From an uncultured Ectothiorhodospiraceae bacterium (lineage in GTDB: Bacteria; Pseudomonadota; Gammaproteobacteria; UBA9214), in contig CAMYIO010000033.1 in the NCBI GenBank assembly GCA_947258515.1, positions 609 through 64,608 on the forward strand: 64,000 nt of DNA, written 5' to 3'. Shown in pieces: positions 10,325 to 20,392 of the stretch. The notes beneath the pieces were generated by a model. The model did no database searches, had not been told where the DNA came from, and saw only the letters and a list, made by a program, of their open reading frames with translations. Position numbers and translations under genes: made by a program. Every line of letters begins with the position of its first letter. Positions within the stretch are counted from its first letter, which is position 1.

Positions 10325-11350
10325 ATGCAAGCCATCCGCAAGCTAGTCCTGATTCTTTTGCTGATCAGCTGTAGCCGGGCGTGGAGCGGGTTTTACGAGG
10401 GTTTTGTCCTCTATGAGCAGGGCAATTATGAACTGGCGCTGCAGGAATTCAGACCACTGGCAGAAGGGGGTAACGCCTTCGCGCAATTATATCTTGGCGT
10501 TATGTATAACAAGGGTCACGGTGTAACGCAGAATTTCAATGAAGCAATAAAGTGGTGGCGCATGTCAGCCGAGCAGGGCGGGGCTGTTGCGCAGTACAAC
10601 CTGGGTGGTATGTATGAACGTGGCCAGGGTGTCCAGCGCAATGACAGTGAAGCCGTGAAGTGGTATCGCAAGGCAGCCAATTCCGGCTTGGCCGACGCGC
10701 AGTACAATATGGGTAACATGTACACAAAGGGCAAGGGAATCCCGCAGAACTACAAGGTGGCGGCTTACTGGTATCGCAAGGCCGCGGCGCAGGATGATGC
10801 CCGCGCACAGTTAAGCCTCGGCGTCATGTACGACGGTGGCCGGGGAGTGGAAAGAGATTACGCACAGGCCGCGGACTGGTATCGCAAGGCGGCGGAACAG
10901 GGTGACCCACGGGCGCAATACAACCTCGGCGGTCTCTATGCAAAGGGTCAGGGTGTAGAAAAAGATTACTCGCAGGCGGCGGCCTGGTATCGCAAGGCGG
11001 CGGAACAGGGCGACCCGCTTGCGCAATACAATCTCGGCATCCTCTACGATGAAGGCCAGGGTGTATTGCAGGACGACAAGCTGGCAGTAAAGTGGTACCA
11101 CAGGGCTGCCGAGCAGGGGTTTGCCGATGCGCAATACAATCTGGCCATCATGTACCACGAGGGTATGGGGATTCAGCAGGATGATGTTAAGGCCTACAAG
11201 TGGTTCAGTATTGTTGCTGCGGGAGGCAATCATGGTGCGCTCAGTGGGCGCGATACCATTGCCAAAACAATGACAGCCACTCAGATTGCAGACGCTCAAA
11301 GGCTTGCCCGGGAGTGGCTTAACGCACATAAAGTGCAGGCAGCCAAATAG
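10325..11350 (+). CDS. Sel1-like repeat (TPR-like) secreted protein
   Basis: Signal peptide plus about 8 tandem ~36-aa Sel1 repeats (AQYNLGxMYxxGxGVxxD...A.KWYRKAAEQG). Confidence 0.8.
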   Translation: MQAIRKLVLILLLISCSRAWSGFYEGFVLYEQGNYELALQEFRPLAEGGNAFAQLYLGVMYNKGHGVTQNFNEAIKWWRMSAEQGGAVAQYNLGGMYERGQGVQRNDSEAVKWYRKAANSGLADAQYNMGNMYTKGKGIPQNYKVAAYWYRKAAAQDDARAQLSLGVMYDGGRGVERDYAQAADWYRKAAEQGDPRAQYNLGGLYAKGQGVEKDYSQAAAWYRKAAEQGDPLAQYNLGILYDEGQGVLQDDKLAVKWYHRAAEQGFADAQYNLAIMYHEGMGIQQDDVKAYKWFSIVAAGGNHGALSGRDTIAKTMTATQIADAQRLAREWLNAHKVQAAK

Positions 11351-11497
11351 GTTCACTCTCAACAATAACTCATAAATTACTGTTATTTAATGCATATAAC
11401 ATGATTTACTCTCATGGTGAACATACCAGCAGGCGCAGAAACCTCAAACGCGGCAGATAAATCGAGCTATAATATTAGGAATTGATTATATTTGGCC

Positions 11498-13483
11498 TTG
11501 TTAATGTACAAGCATTTCTACCAACTCGTCACCAATCCCTTCAGGCTCGCGCCCGAGCCCGATTTCTGTTTTAGCCATTCAGGCTACGAGCGCGCCAGGG
11601 AATACCTTGAATACGCACTTGCCCAGGGGGAAGGCTTTGTCATGGTGACCGGTCGACCAGGCACCGGTAAAACGATGCTGGTTGAAACGTTTCTCAAGGC
11701 AATCAACCCCGGCGAGGTGGCTGCAAGACGCATTGCCGTATCCAGTTTCGGGGCAACTGATCTACTGCGTGCCGTGGCTTACGCCTACGGTATCGAGGCA
11801 GCCGGGATGGACAAGGGCACCATGCGCCACCGGATTCAGCAGTTCTTTGTACAACAGGAGCGCACCGGACGGCGCGTACTGCTGATAATTGATGAGGCAC
11901 AGGCGCTCAGTCATGCCGCCCTGGAAGAACTGAGGATACTGGCAGACCTGCAGACGCAATCGCGCCTGATGCTGCAACTCTTTCTGGTCGGGCAGGAGTC
12001 GTTGCAGGATTTGATGCAGACACCTGCCATGGAGCAATTCCAGCAACGCGTCATCGCAAATTATCAGCTGGTGCCGCTCAATCTGGAAGACACGCGCGCA
12101 TACATTGAACATCGCCTGCTGCAAGCCGGCTGGAAAGGCGATCCGGAATTCAGCAGTGCCGCGGTGTCAGGAATTTATCAACTCAGTAATGGCGTGCCAC
12201 GCCATATAAACAAGATATGTAACCGCTTGTTGCTCCTCGGTTTCGGCAAGGCCAGCCACATCTTTGACGAACAGGACATCGTGGAAATAGCCGCCGAGAT
12301 GCGTGAAGAGCGATTAACACCGCTGGTGCCAAAGCAGACAACGCACAACGACGTTGGCAATGTCACCAATCTGTCCGAAATTCGTGATAGCCAGATATTC
12401 GGGACCGATCTGGCCATTCGGGCAGACAAGATGGATGCCAGTGCGGTCGCCATCGCTGAAGGTTCACGGCTGGCTGTACGGAACAAGGAAGGGTTTATAA
12501 CGCGTCACCACACACACCCTGTGAGCCGCCATGAGCAGACCACCACACCCGATATAGAAACGGCCACACCGGCAAAGATTGCGCCCGAGCCGTTACATGC
12601 CGCCAACGAATCGTTCACTGCAACACGTGATCCTGAACACAGGGTAAAAGAGCGCCATACAGGTCACCATGGCTGGAAAAGAACGCTATCCGTCACAGCC
12701 GTGTTGCTGGTCCTGTTGGCGGTCAGTGTCGCAGTCGTACCCTCATTTCCGGGACACGAAGGTGTCAGGGACAGGCTGCTGTCATTTTTGGATCAATTTC
12801 AACGGCAAGACCCGCGGCTTGCCACCTTGCTGGAAGAAACAGCAGCAGCGGCACCCGGTGCTGGCAGTGAAATACGGCTACAGGCTGAAGATGAAAACGT
12901 GAGCACACCTGCGCAAGATGCTGGCCCGGCCGCACCGACCACAGCTACCGCCGGTGTTATCAACAGACATCCTGTGAAGACCGGGGGATCTGTCCCGGCG
13001 TCGTGGATTACTAAAATACGCGGGCAGGCCAATGTCATGGAGAGCAGCAATATCGAGGTGATACTTGCACAAGGCCGACAGGCACTGGATGACTACCGTC
13101 TGGTGACGCCCGAAGGCAATAATGCCTATGAATACCTGCTTGCAGCCCTGCAGCTGGATCCGGGAAACGAACCGGCCCAGGCGGGTATTGAGGAGATTGT
13201 TGATATTTATATTACACTCGCATCAAAGGCCGCAAACAACAACGAGCTCGAGAGAGCAGGTCGCTACCTTGATCGCGGGCTCGGCATACAACCGGATAAC
13301 CCTGAGTTACTGGTATTGAGAAACACCGTTAACGGCACAATGGAAGCTGCGCACGTAATGCAGGGGACAGCGGCACAGCTAACAGGCGATAGCACGACAT
13401 CGCGGTTACAGCCGGCCCTGATAAAACGGCAGGCCGCGGACAGAAGGCACGACCTCAGCACCACGGCTGGCTGGGATAGCTGA
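11498..13483 (+). CDS. ExeA/GspA/MshM-family AAA+ ATPase with transmembrane anchor and periplasmic TPR-like tail
   Basis: N-terminus MYKHFYQLVTNPFRLAPEPDFCFSHSGYERAREYL...VTGRPGTGKTML is the ExeA/AAA_16 signature. A transmembrane helix lies near residues 395-415, followed by TPR-like C-terminal repeats. An AT-rich promoter region lies upstream. Confidence 0.7.
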   Translation: MLMYKHFYQLVTNPFRLAPEPDFCFSHSGYERAREYLEYALAQGEGFVMVTGRPGTGKTMLVETFLKAINPGEVAARRIAVSSFGATDLLRAVAYAYGIEAAGMDKGTMRHRIQQFFVQQERTGRRVLLIIDEAQALSHAALEELRILADLQTQSRLMLQLFLVGQESLQDLMQTPAMEQFQQRVIANYQLVPLNLEDTRAYIEHRLLQAGWKGDPEFSSAAVSGIYQLSNGVPRHINKICNRLLLLGFGKASHIFDEQDIVEIAAEMREERLTPLVPKQTTHNDVGNVTNLSEIRDSQIFGTDLAIRADKMDASAVAIAEGSRLAVRNKEGFITRHHTHPVSRHEQTTTPDIETATPAKIAPEPLHAANESFTATRDPEHRVKERHTGHHGWKRTLSVTAVLLVLLAVSVAVVPSFPGHEGVRDRLLSFLDQFQRQDPRLATLLEETAAAAPGAGSEIRLQAEDENVSTPAQDAGPAAPTTATAGVINRHPVKTGGSVPASWITKIRGQANVMESSNIEVILAQGRQALDDYRLVTPEGNNAYEYLLAALQLDPGNEPAQAGIEEIVDIYITLASKAANNNELERAGRYLDRGLGIQPDNPELLVLRNTVNGTMEAAHVMQGTAAQLTGDSTTSRLQPALIKRQAADRRHDLSTTAGWDS

Positions 13484-13726
13484 CGATAACCGGCCGGCCC
13501 GCTGGTCAGGCAGGTGAAAGTCAGCCAGCCGTCCGGGCTCGCGAGCGCTGGCCTTCGGTCTGCCTGGTTAAGATGACAGGATCAGACACCCCGGCAGGCC
13601 CGGCTTCATTTAAATCATCGGATCAATCTTTGACCAGGATCAAACCCAAAGGCATGGCACAGCGCCGATAATCCCCATACAGCAATCCGTATTAACAACA
13701 ATCCTGTCACTGCGGGACCTACTCAG

Positions 13727-16480
13727 GTGATGACAGCACTCACTGACAGTAACAAGGGCATAGCCGTCCTGAATGCACGACTCGGTCGACTGCTGGGTGT
13801 CATCATCCTGCTGTTCTCGCTGCTGGCGCTCAATTCGATCTATCTCGCAGCCATTTCACTGTTCGAGGCAATAAGTGGCGAAGTACAGCAGAACTATTTT
13901 TACCTGCTGATGTTCCTGCTGCACCTGGCGCTGGGCCTGTTGATCACCCTGCCGGTGATCGTGTTCGCACTGGCACACATGCGGCGCGCCTGGCGGCGAC
14001 CGAATCGTTATGCTGTCAGGGCAGGTATGGGGCTGTTCTTCACAGTACTGGTATTGCTGTTTTCCGGGCTGTTGCTGACGCGCTTCGAGTTCTTCGAGAT
14101 CAACGATCCACAGGTGCGACGCATTGGCTACTGGCTGCACGTCATCAGTCCGTTCGTCGTTATCTGGCTATTCGTGCTACACCGTCTTGCCGGCCCGCCG
14201 ATCCGCTGGAAGACCGGCTTGCGCTGGTTACTTGCCACCACGGGATTTGCAGCCGTGATGATCGTGCTGCAGACGCTCATACTGACCGACAGCAGTGCAG
14301 CGAAAACAGTGGCATTCCCGCCCTCGCTGGCAATCATGCAGGGCAGCGATTCGATACCGCCTGAACATCTGATGACGGATGAGGCCTGTGCACAGTGCCA
14401 CCCGGACATCGCAAAGACGCACGAACAGAGCATGCACCGCTTCAGCTCCTTCAATAACCCGGCCTACAAATTCAGCGTCGAGGAAACACGCAGGGTCGTG
14501 CTGCAGCGCGATGGCACTGTGCAGGCAGCGCGTTTTTGCGCCGCCTGCCACGATCAGGTCCCCCTGTTCAGCGGTCAGTTCGACGACCCGGACTACGATA
14601 CCGAAGGAAACCCGACGGCACAGGCCGGTATCACCTGCATGGTCTGTCACGCCATGACCCGGGTCAATGGTGTGCACGGTAATGGAGACTTCACCATTGC
14701 CGATCCGCCACGCTATCCCTTCGCATTCAGCGAGTCGCCACTGCTGCACAGTATCAACGCACAGCTGATCAAGGCGAAACCGGCATTCCACATGAAAACC
14801 CTGCTGAAACCGTTTCATCGCACCGCCGAATTCTGTTCTGTCTGCCACAAGGCAAATCTGCCGTCCGAGGTCAATCATTACCGCTGGCTGCGTGCCCAGG
14901 ACCACTATGACAGCTTCCTGCAGAGTGGTGTTTCCGGGCACCGGGTAGACAGTTTCTATTACCCGGCACAGGCCGTAGCACGCTGCAGTGATTGTCATAT
15001 GCCGTTGATGCCGTCAGACGACCCGGCGGCACGCGATTTCGATTACAGCAAGCAGCGCAGCGTGCACAATCACCAGTTCCCGGCGGCCAATACCGGTATC
15101 ACAAAGCTGCTGGATTTACCCGACTGGGTCATGCAGGCACACCGGCAGCGTCTCAGCGATGTCACGCGCGTCGATATCTTTGCCATCAAGGAAGACGGTC
15201 GCATCGATGGTGAACTGCATGCGCCGTTACGGCCGTCGCTACCGGAATTGCTGCCCGGGAAACGCTACCTGGTCGAGATCGTCGTCCGCACCACCGGGGT
15301 CGGACATCACCTGACGCAGGGCACCGCTGACTCCAATGAACTGTGGCTGGATGTGACTGTCAGTGCGGACGGCAAGCTCATCGGCCGTAGCGGCAGCCTG
15401 GATGCACAGGGGGCCGTCAACCCCTGGTCCTACTTCGTCAACAGCTATGTACTGGACAGGCAGGGCAGGCGCATTGACCGGCGCAACGGTCAGGATATCT
15501 TTGTCGCCCTCTACAACCACCAGATTCCGCCAGGCGCCGCGACCGTGGTGCACTACCTGCTGGAGGTACCGCAAGACGCACGGGGACCGGTTGCCATCGA
15601 GGCACAACTAAACTACCGTAAATTCGACGCAACCTACCTGCGTCACCTGCAGGGCGAACAATACAGCGGCAACCGGCTACCGGTCACGGTGATGGCATCT
15701 GACCGGCTGCAGTTGCCATTGCAGGGCCAGCATGCCTCACTCGACGAGCAACAAATCGTGGCAGTCAAGCCCGGCGAGCGCTGGAATGACTACGGCATCG
15801 GGCTACTTCGTGAAGGCAACAGCGGATCCAGCAAGGGCGAATTGCGCCAGGCGGAACAGGCCTTTCAACAGGTGGAGGCGCTGGGTGAAAACAGCGGCGC
15901 GCTGAACCTGGCGCGCGTCTACTTCAAGGAAGGACAGCTGGAACAGGCCGCAATGGCACTGCGGCGAGCCAGCGAGCAACAGGCACTGCCGTGGACAATC
16001 GCCTGGTACAGCGCCCTGATCGACCGCGAAAACGGCCACCTGGAGGCCGCGACACGCACCCTGGAATTCATTATCAACAATCAGTTCGCGGACGCACGCC
16101 AGCGCGGCTTCGACTTTTCCTACGACGTCAGGGTGCTGAATGAACTGGGCCGTACCCTGTATGAGCGCAGCCGGCAATTGCACGGTGCCGCGCAGCACGA
16201 ACTGCTGATACAGGCGCTGGGCTGGTTTGACAGGACCTTGCGAATAGATCCTGAGAACCTTGCCGCGCATTACAACCTCGCCCTGGTGCATGCGCAGCTC
16301 GGCAATACCGAAAAGTCAGGACAACATCGGGCATTGCATGAAAAATACCGTCCGGATGATCACGCCGTTGAACAGGCGGTCGCCCGACACCGCCGCGACA
16401 ATCCTGCCGCCGATCATGCCGCCGCCGCCACTGCCATCTACGACCTGGGCCGCGGGTTAAACGTAGAGACCGACCATTGA
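13727..16480 (+). CDS. polytopic membrane multiheme c-type cytochrome (5 CXXCH) with C-terminal TPR domain
   Basis: 4-5 N-terminal transmembrane helices, then CAQCH, CAACH, CMVCH, CSVCH and CSDCH heme motifs, then TPR repeats in the last ~250 aa. Confidence 0.75.
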   Translation: MMTALTDSNKGIAVLNARLGRLLGVIILLFSLLALNSIYLAAISLFEAISGEVQQNYFYLLMFLLHLALGLLITLPVIVFALAHMRRAWRRPNRYAVRAGMGLFFTVLVLLFSGLLLTRFEFFEINDPQVRRIGYWLHVISPFVVIWLFVLHRLAGPPIRWKTGLRWLLATTGFAAVMIVLQTLILTDSSAAKTVAFPPSLAIMQGSDSIPPEHLMTDEACAQCHPDIAKTHEQSMHRFSSFNNPAYKFSVEETRRVVLQRDGTVQAARFCAACHDQVPLFSGQFDDPDYDTEGNPTAQAGITCMVCHAMTRVNGVHGNGDFTIADPPRYPFAFSESPLLHSINAQLIKAKPAFHMKTLLKPFHRTAEFCSVCHKANLPSEVNHYRWLRAQDHYDSFLQSGVSGHRVDSFYYPAQAVARCSDCHMPLMPSDDPAARDFDYSKQRSVHNHQFPAANTGITKLLDLPDWVMQAHRQRLSDVTRVDIFAIKEDGRIDGELHAPLRPSLPELLPGKRYLVEIVVRTTGVGHHLTQGTADSNELWLDVTVSADGKLIGRSGSLDAQGAVNPWSYFVNSYVLDRQGRRIDRRNGQDIFVALYNHQIPPGAATVVHYLLEVPQDARGPVAIEAQLNYRKFDATYLRHLQGEQYSGNRLPVTVMASDRLQLPLQGQHASLDEQQIVAVKPGERWNDYGIGLLREGNSGSSKGELRQAEQAFQQVEALGENSGALNLARVYFKEGQLEQAAMALRRASEQQALPWTIAWYSALIDRENGHLEAATRTLEFIINNQFADARQRGFDFSYDVRVLNELGRTLYERSRQLHGAAQHELLIQALGWFDRTLRIDPENLAAHYNLALVHAQLGNTEKSGQHRALHEKYRPDDHAVEQAVARHRRDNPAADHAAAATAIYDLGRGLNVETDH

Positions 16481-16590
16481 ATTCGCGGATGCGGTCCGCT
16501 CCTACAGGTGGCTGTAATGGGTGTAGGAACGCTCCGCGAGCGCGATCGGGGTAACTGCTGGATTCGCGGATGCGATCCGCTCTTATAGAG
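16481..16590. repeat. REP-like palindromic element cluster (type B)
   Basis: attcgcggatgcggtccgctcctacag ... tgtaggaacgctccgcgagcgcgatc ... gattcgcggatgcgatccgctcttatagag. It is the reverse complement of the tgtaggagcggaccgcgtccgcgaa motif repeated at 58262. Confidence 0.5.
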
Positions 16591-16696
16591 CCACAAAAGT
16601 ATGCTGTGATAATGCATTCAAATGATGTACATCAATTCACCACACCACCGCGGGGTTGTAAAATCCCGCTATGTATTCATCTACTGACAAACTTTC

Positions 16697-18535
16697 ATGA
16701 CAAAGCAACACAATAATACTGACACCACACGGGCCGGTGAAGCCATCATTCGGCACTGGTTTCGCCGCTCACTCGCCATCATCCTGGGCGTCGGGATTAT
16801 CGCAGCCGGCATTGTCTGGTACCTGGGGCGCGACAGCGCACCCGACATAATTATCGAAGAGGCCGTCGTCAGCGGCCCGGTCGTTGCGGCACACACACCG
16901 CAGCAAACCCCTCCGGCGGTGATCTTCAGGGATATCACGGCAGCAGCCGGTATTGAGTTTGTCCATACAAACGGCGCCTACGGTGACAAGCTCATGCCGG
17001 AGACCATCGGCAGCGGTGCGGCATTCCTCGATTACGACAATGACACTGACCAGGACCTGTTACTGGTGAATTCCAGCTGGTTCCCCGGCCATGAACAGGA
17101 GAACCTGCCAACACTGGCACTGTACCGGAACGATGGCAGCGGCCGGTTCACCGACGTCACCCGGGAAACCGGACTGGCCATCAACTGCTACGGCATGGGC
17201 GTCGCGGCCGGTGATTATGACAACGACGGCTGGACAGATCTGTATATCACGGCACTGGGTGACAATTATCTGCTCAAAAACGGGCAGGGACACTTTACCG
17301 ATGTAACGACATCCACGGGCACCGCCGGCCAGACCTCCGACTGGAGTACAGCAGCAGCCTTTCTTGATATCGACAATGACGGTGACCTGGACCTGTTTGT
17401 CGGCAACTACGTGCAGTGGTCACGCCAGATTGATCTGGAGATCGACTTTCGCCTCACCGGCGTGGGACGTTCGATTGGTGCCCCCAACCATTTTTTCGGT
17501 ACTACCAACCGGCTGTACCGTAATGAGGGTGATGGCCGTTTCAGCGATGTATCCGCATCAGCGGGCATCATGATTACTGACCCCGTCACGCATGCACCGG
17601 CAGGCAAAACGCTGTCAGTAGCCCCGGTAGATTATGACCGCGATGGCCTTATGGACCTGTTCGTAGCCAATGACACCACCCGGAACTTTCTCTATCACAA
17701 CCTCGGCAAAGGACAATTCGAGGAGATCGGCGCCCTCGAGGGTATTGCCTATGACCGCAACGGCAAGGCCACCGGTGCCATGGGCATCGACGCCGCGTAT
17801 TTCCGCAATGATGAGGACCTCGGCATCGGTATTGGCAACTTCGCCAACGAAATGAGCTCACTGTATGTCACGGCCGGCGGACAGCCGCCCTTTGCTGACG
17901 AAGCCATCCTGGAGGGTTTTGGACCGGCGTCACGCCTGGCACTGACCTTTGGACTGTTCTTCTTTGACTATGACCTTGACGGCCGGCTCGACCTGTTTCA
18001 GGCAAACGGTCACCTCGAAACAGAGATCAACCTCATGCAGTCCAGCCAGACCTATGCACAAGCCGCGCAGTTGTTCTGGAATTGCGGGTCGGCCTGCCGC
18101 AGCCGCTTTGTTACCGTCACCGACAGTGGCGATTTTGCCAATCCCATGGTCGGCCGCGGCGCCGCCTACGCGGATATCGATAGTGACGGTGACCTCGACG
18201 TGGTGGTCACCCAGAACGGCCGCCGGGCCGTACTGTTCCGCAATGACCAGTCACTCGGGCATCATTGGCTGCGGGTCCGGCTGGTAGGAGATCGCGCCAA
18301 CCGAAACGCCATTGGTGCCACAGTGGAGATATCGGTCGACGGCGTTACCCAGCGGCGGATGGTGATGCCGACACGCAGCTACCTGTCCCAGTCCGAACTG
18401 CCCGTCACCTTTGGCCTGGGTACCCGCCACTCACTGGATGAACTGCACATCACCTGGCCTGACGGCCAGCGGCAAACCGTTCCCGTGCCCGCCGTCAATG
18501 TCATGATGACCATCACCCAAAGCGACCAGCCATAG
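16697..18535 (+). CDS. CRTAC1-family protein (FG-GAP repeats + ASPIC/UnbV domain)
   Basis: Repeated DxDxDGxxD calcium-binding FG-GAP motifs (DYDNDGWTDLYIT, DIDNDGDLDLFVGN, DYDRDGLMDLFVAND, DIDSDGDLDVVV) and a C-terminal ASPIC/UnbV-like segment. N-terminal transmembrane/signal anchor. Confidence 0.8.
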   Translation: MTKQHNNTDTTRAGEAIIRHWFRRSLAIILGVGIIAAGIVWYLGRDSAPDIIIEEAVVSGPVVAAHTPQQTPPAVIFRDITAAAGIEFVHTNGAYGDKLMPETIGSGAAFLDYDNDTDQDLLLVNSSWFPGHEQENLPTLALYRNDGSGRFTDVTRETGLAINCYGMGVAAGDYDNDGWTDLYITALGDNYLLKNGQGHFTDVTTSTGTAGQTSDWSTAAAFLDIDNDGDLDLFVGNYVQWSRQIDLEIDFRLTGVGRSIGAPNHFFGTTNRLYRNEGDGRFSDVSASAGIMITDPVTHAPAGKTLSVAPVDYDRDGLMDLFVANDTTRNFLYHNLGKGQFEEIGALEGIAYDRNGKATGAMGIDAAYFRNDEDLGIGIGNFANEMSSLYVTAGGQPPFADEAILEGFGPASRLALTFGLFFFDYDLDGRLDLFQANGHLETEINLMQSSQTYAQAAQLFWNCGSACRSRFVTVTDSGDFANPMVGRGAAYADIDSDGDLDVVVTQNGRRAVLFRNDQSLGHHWLRVRLVGDRANRNAIGATVEISVDGVTQRRMVMPTRSYLSQSELPVTFGLGTRHSLDELHITWPDGQRQTVPVPAVNVMMTITQSDQP

Positions 18536-18542
18536 GTACAAC

Positions 18543-20219
18543 ATGTCATTTCTCAACAGGCTTAAACTGCTCACATTTATCACCTTGCTGCTGGCCGGTC
18601 CACCTGCCATGGCGGGCGATGCCGCATCCGCGCTGCCCGTGTCGCTGGCAGGCAGCTTGCGGGCCATCCAGGAGGTCAGGCTGGATGACCTGGATACGCA
18701 GGCCCGGGACAGTATCCAGCTGGCACGGCGACAACTCAACGAGGTGCTGCAAGCGCAACCCGTTCAGCTTGACAAGCTGGCCGCCGCCTATGGTGAGCTG
18801 GGCGGACTCTACCAGGTCCACGCTGCCTTCCCGGCTGCTGAGGATTGTTACCACAATGCCGGGCAACTGGCACCCGATGAGTTCCGCTGGGCCTACTACG
18901 CAGCCTATCTCGCCGAGAAGGACGGGCGTACCAAACTGGCCCTGGACCGCTACCGGCATGCCCTGACACTGGACACCGCCTACAAGGCCCTTACGCTGCG
19001 GCTTGGAAACATCCTGCTGGATCTCAACGAACTGGAGCAGGCGCAGACAGCGTTTCAAGAGGTTGTAAGCGCCGTCGGACTGGAGGCGGCGTCTCTATAC
19101 GGTCTCGGGCAGATTGCCCTGCTGCAGCGCGATTATGACACGGCCATTGATGCCTTTACCCGTGCCCTGCAGTACGAACCGGCCGCATCCCGCATACATT
19201 ACCCACTGGCGCAGGCACTGCGTGCAACACAGCGTAACGACGAGGCAAAAGCCCAGCTGGCACTGCGCGGTGACCAGCCACCTTCCTTCAGAGACCCGCT
19301 GATCGAGGGCCTCGAAGCACTGAAGATCGGCTCACGTTTCCAATTCCTGCAGGCCATGAAGGCTATCAAGCGGCAGGACTATGCAGCAGCCAGCGAGGCC
19401 TTTGCAGAGGGGCTGTCCGGCGATCCGGACAATGTTCAGGCCCGCATCAGTTACGCACGCACGCTGTACCTCGCAGATAAAAAGAGCGGGGCCCGGCAGG
19501 CACTGGAAGCAGCACTTGCCATGCAGCCGGACAACTCGCTGGGCCTGTTCCTGCTGGGGATACTGGCTGAAGAGACGGGTGATGCCAGCAAGGCCGCCTC
19601 TTATTACCGTCTCGCGATTCGCTACACGCCTGACCATACCGGTGCGCATCAATACCTGGCCGATCAGTATTACCGTCAGGGCAACTACACAGCAGCTGCA
19701 GAACACTATGCCAGCAGTATCAGGGGAGAACCGAGCAATCTGGCGGCGACGATCCCCTACATAGGGACGCTGCTGCTAACCGATGCGCCTGCCGCCACCT
19801 TGATGACCGAGCTTGAAACCGCAATCGATCGTTTTCCTGAATATCCCGGCTTCAAGTCCCTGCAAATACTGCTGCTGGCCGGCAGCCGTAATCCAGAGAT
19901 TCATGCCCCGGAAACGGCGCTGAAAAACGCACAGCAACTGAACGATCAGTACCGAATACCACCGCACCAGGAATTGCTGGCGCTGGCCTACGCAGCGTCT
20001 GGCGACTACCCGCAAGCGGTATCCATGCAGGAAGAGCTGCTGTCCTATGCGCACCGCGCCATGCCGGGAGAGGCGGACCGCGTGGCACAAACCCTCGCTT
20101 ACTATCAGGACAAGACACTGCCCCCGCTGGATGAGCTTCTCAATTATGCTGCATTAGAGGCACAAAGATTCAATGCCACCGCGGCGTTTCGCGATTACCC
20201 GGCACCCAGACCCTATTGA
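18543..20219 (+). CDS. TPR-repeat secreted protein
   Basis: Signal peptide MSFLNRLKLLTFITLLLAGPPAMA followed by many TPR repeats. Sits directly after the CRTAC1 gene. Confidence 0.75.
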   Translation: MSFLNRLKLLTFITLLLAGPPAMAGDAASALPVSLAGSLRAIQEVRLDDLDTQARDSIQLARRQLNEVLQAQPVQLDKLAAAYGELGGLYQVHAAFPAAEDCYHNAGQLAPDEFRWAYYAAYLAEKDGRTKLALDRYRHALTLDTAYKALTLRLGNILLDLNELEQAQTAFQEVVSAVGLEAASLYGLGQIALLQRDYDTAIDAFTRALQYEPAASRIHYPLAQALRATQRNDEAKAQLALRGDQPPSFRDPLIEGLEALKIGSRFQFLQAMKAIKRQDYAAASEAFAEGLSGDPDNVQARISYARTLYLADKKSGARQALEAALAMQPDNSLGLFLLGILAEETGDASKAASYYRLAIRYTPDHTGAHQYLADQYYRQGNYTAAAEHYASSIRGEPSNLAATIPYIGTLLLTDAPAATLMTELETAIDRFPEYPGFKSLQILLLAGSRNPEIHAPETALKNAQQLNDQYRIPPHQELLALAYAASGDYPQAVSMQEELLSYAHRAMPGEADRVAQTLAYYQDKTLPPLDELLNYAALEAQRFNATAAFRDYPAPRPY

Positions 20220-20302
20220 AGCATCGCTCACGCGCATAGCCCAGGCCAGCCTCGGTTTCGCCTTCTCCTTGCGCTCCACGATATAGCTGCGTCCCTGCAG
20301 GC

Positions 20303-20328
20303 AAAAAAGGCGCACCCTGGGGTGCGCC
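20303..20328 (-). terminator. rho-independent terminator of the Gly/Tyr-rich protein gene
   Basis: On the minus strand GGCGCACCC-cag-GGTGCGCC followed by TTTTTT, lying 65 nt downstream of the stop at 20393. Confidence 0.55.
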
Positions 20329-20392
20329 CTATGCACTGCGTGGCTACCGATTCAGCACTCAGGATATTAACTGAATCGATAGCGCTTGCAGA

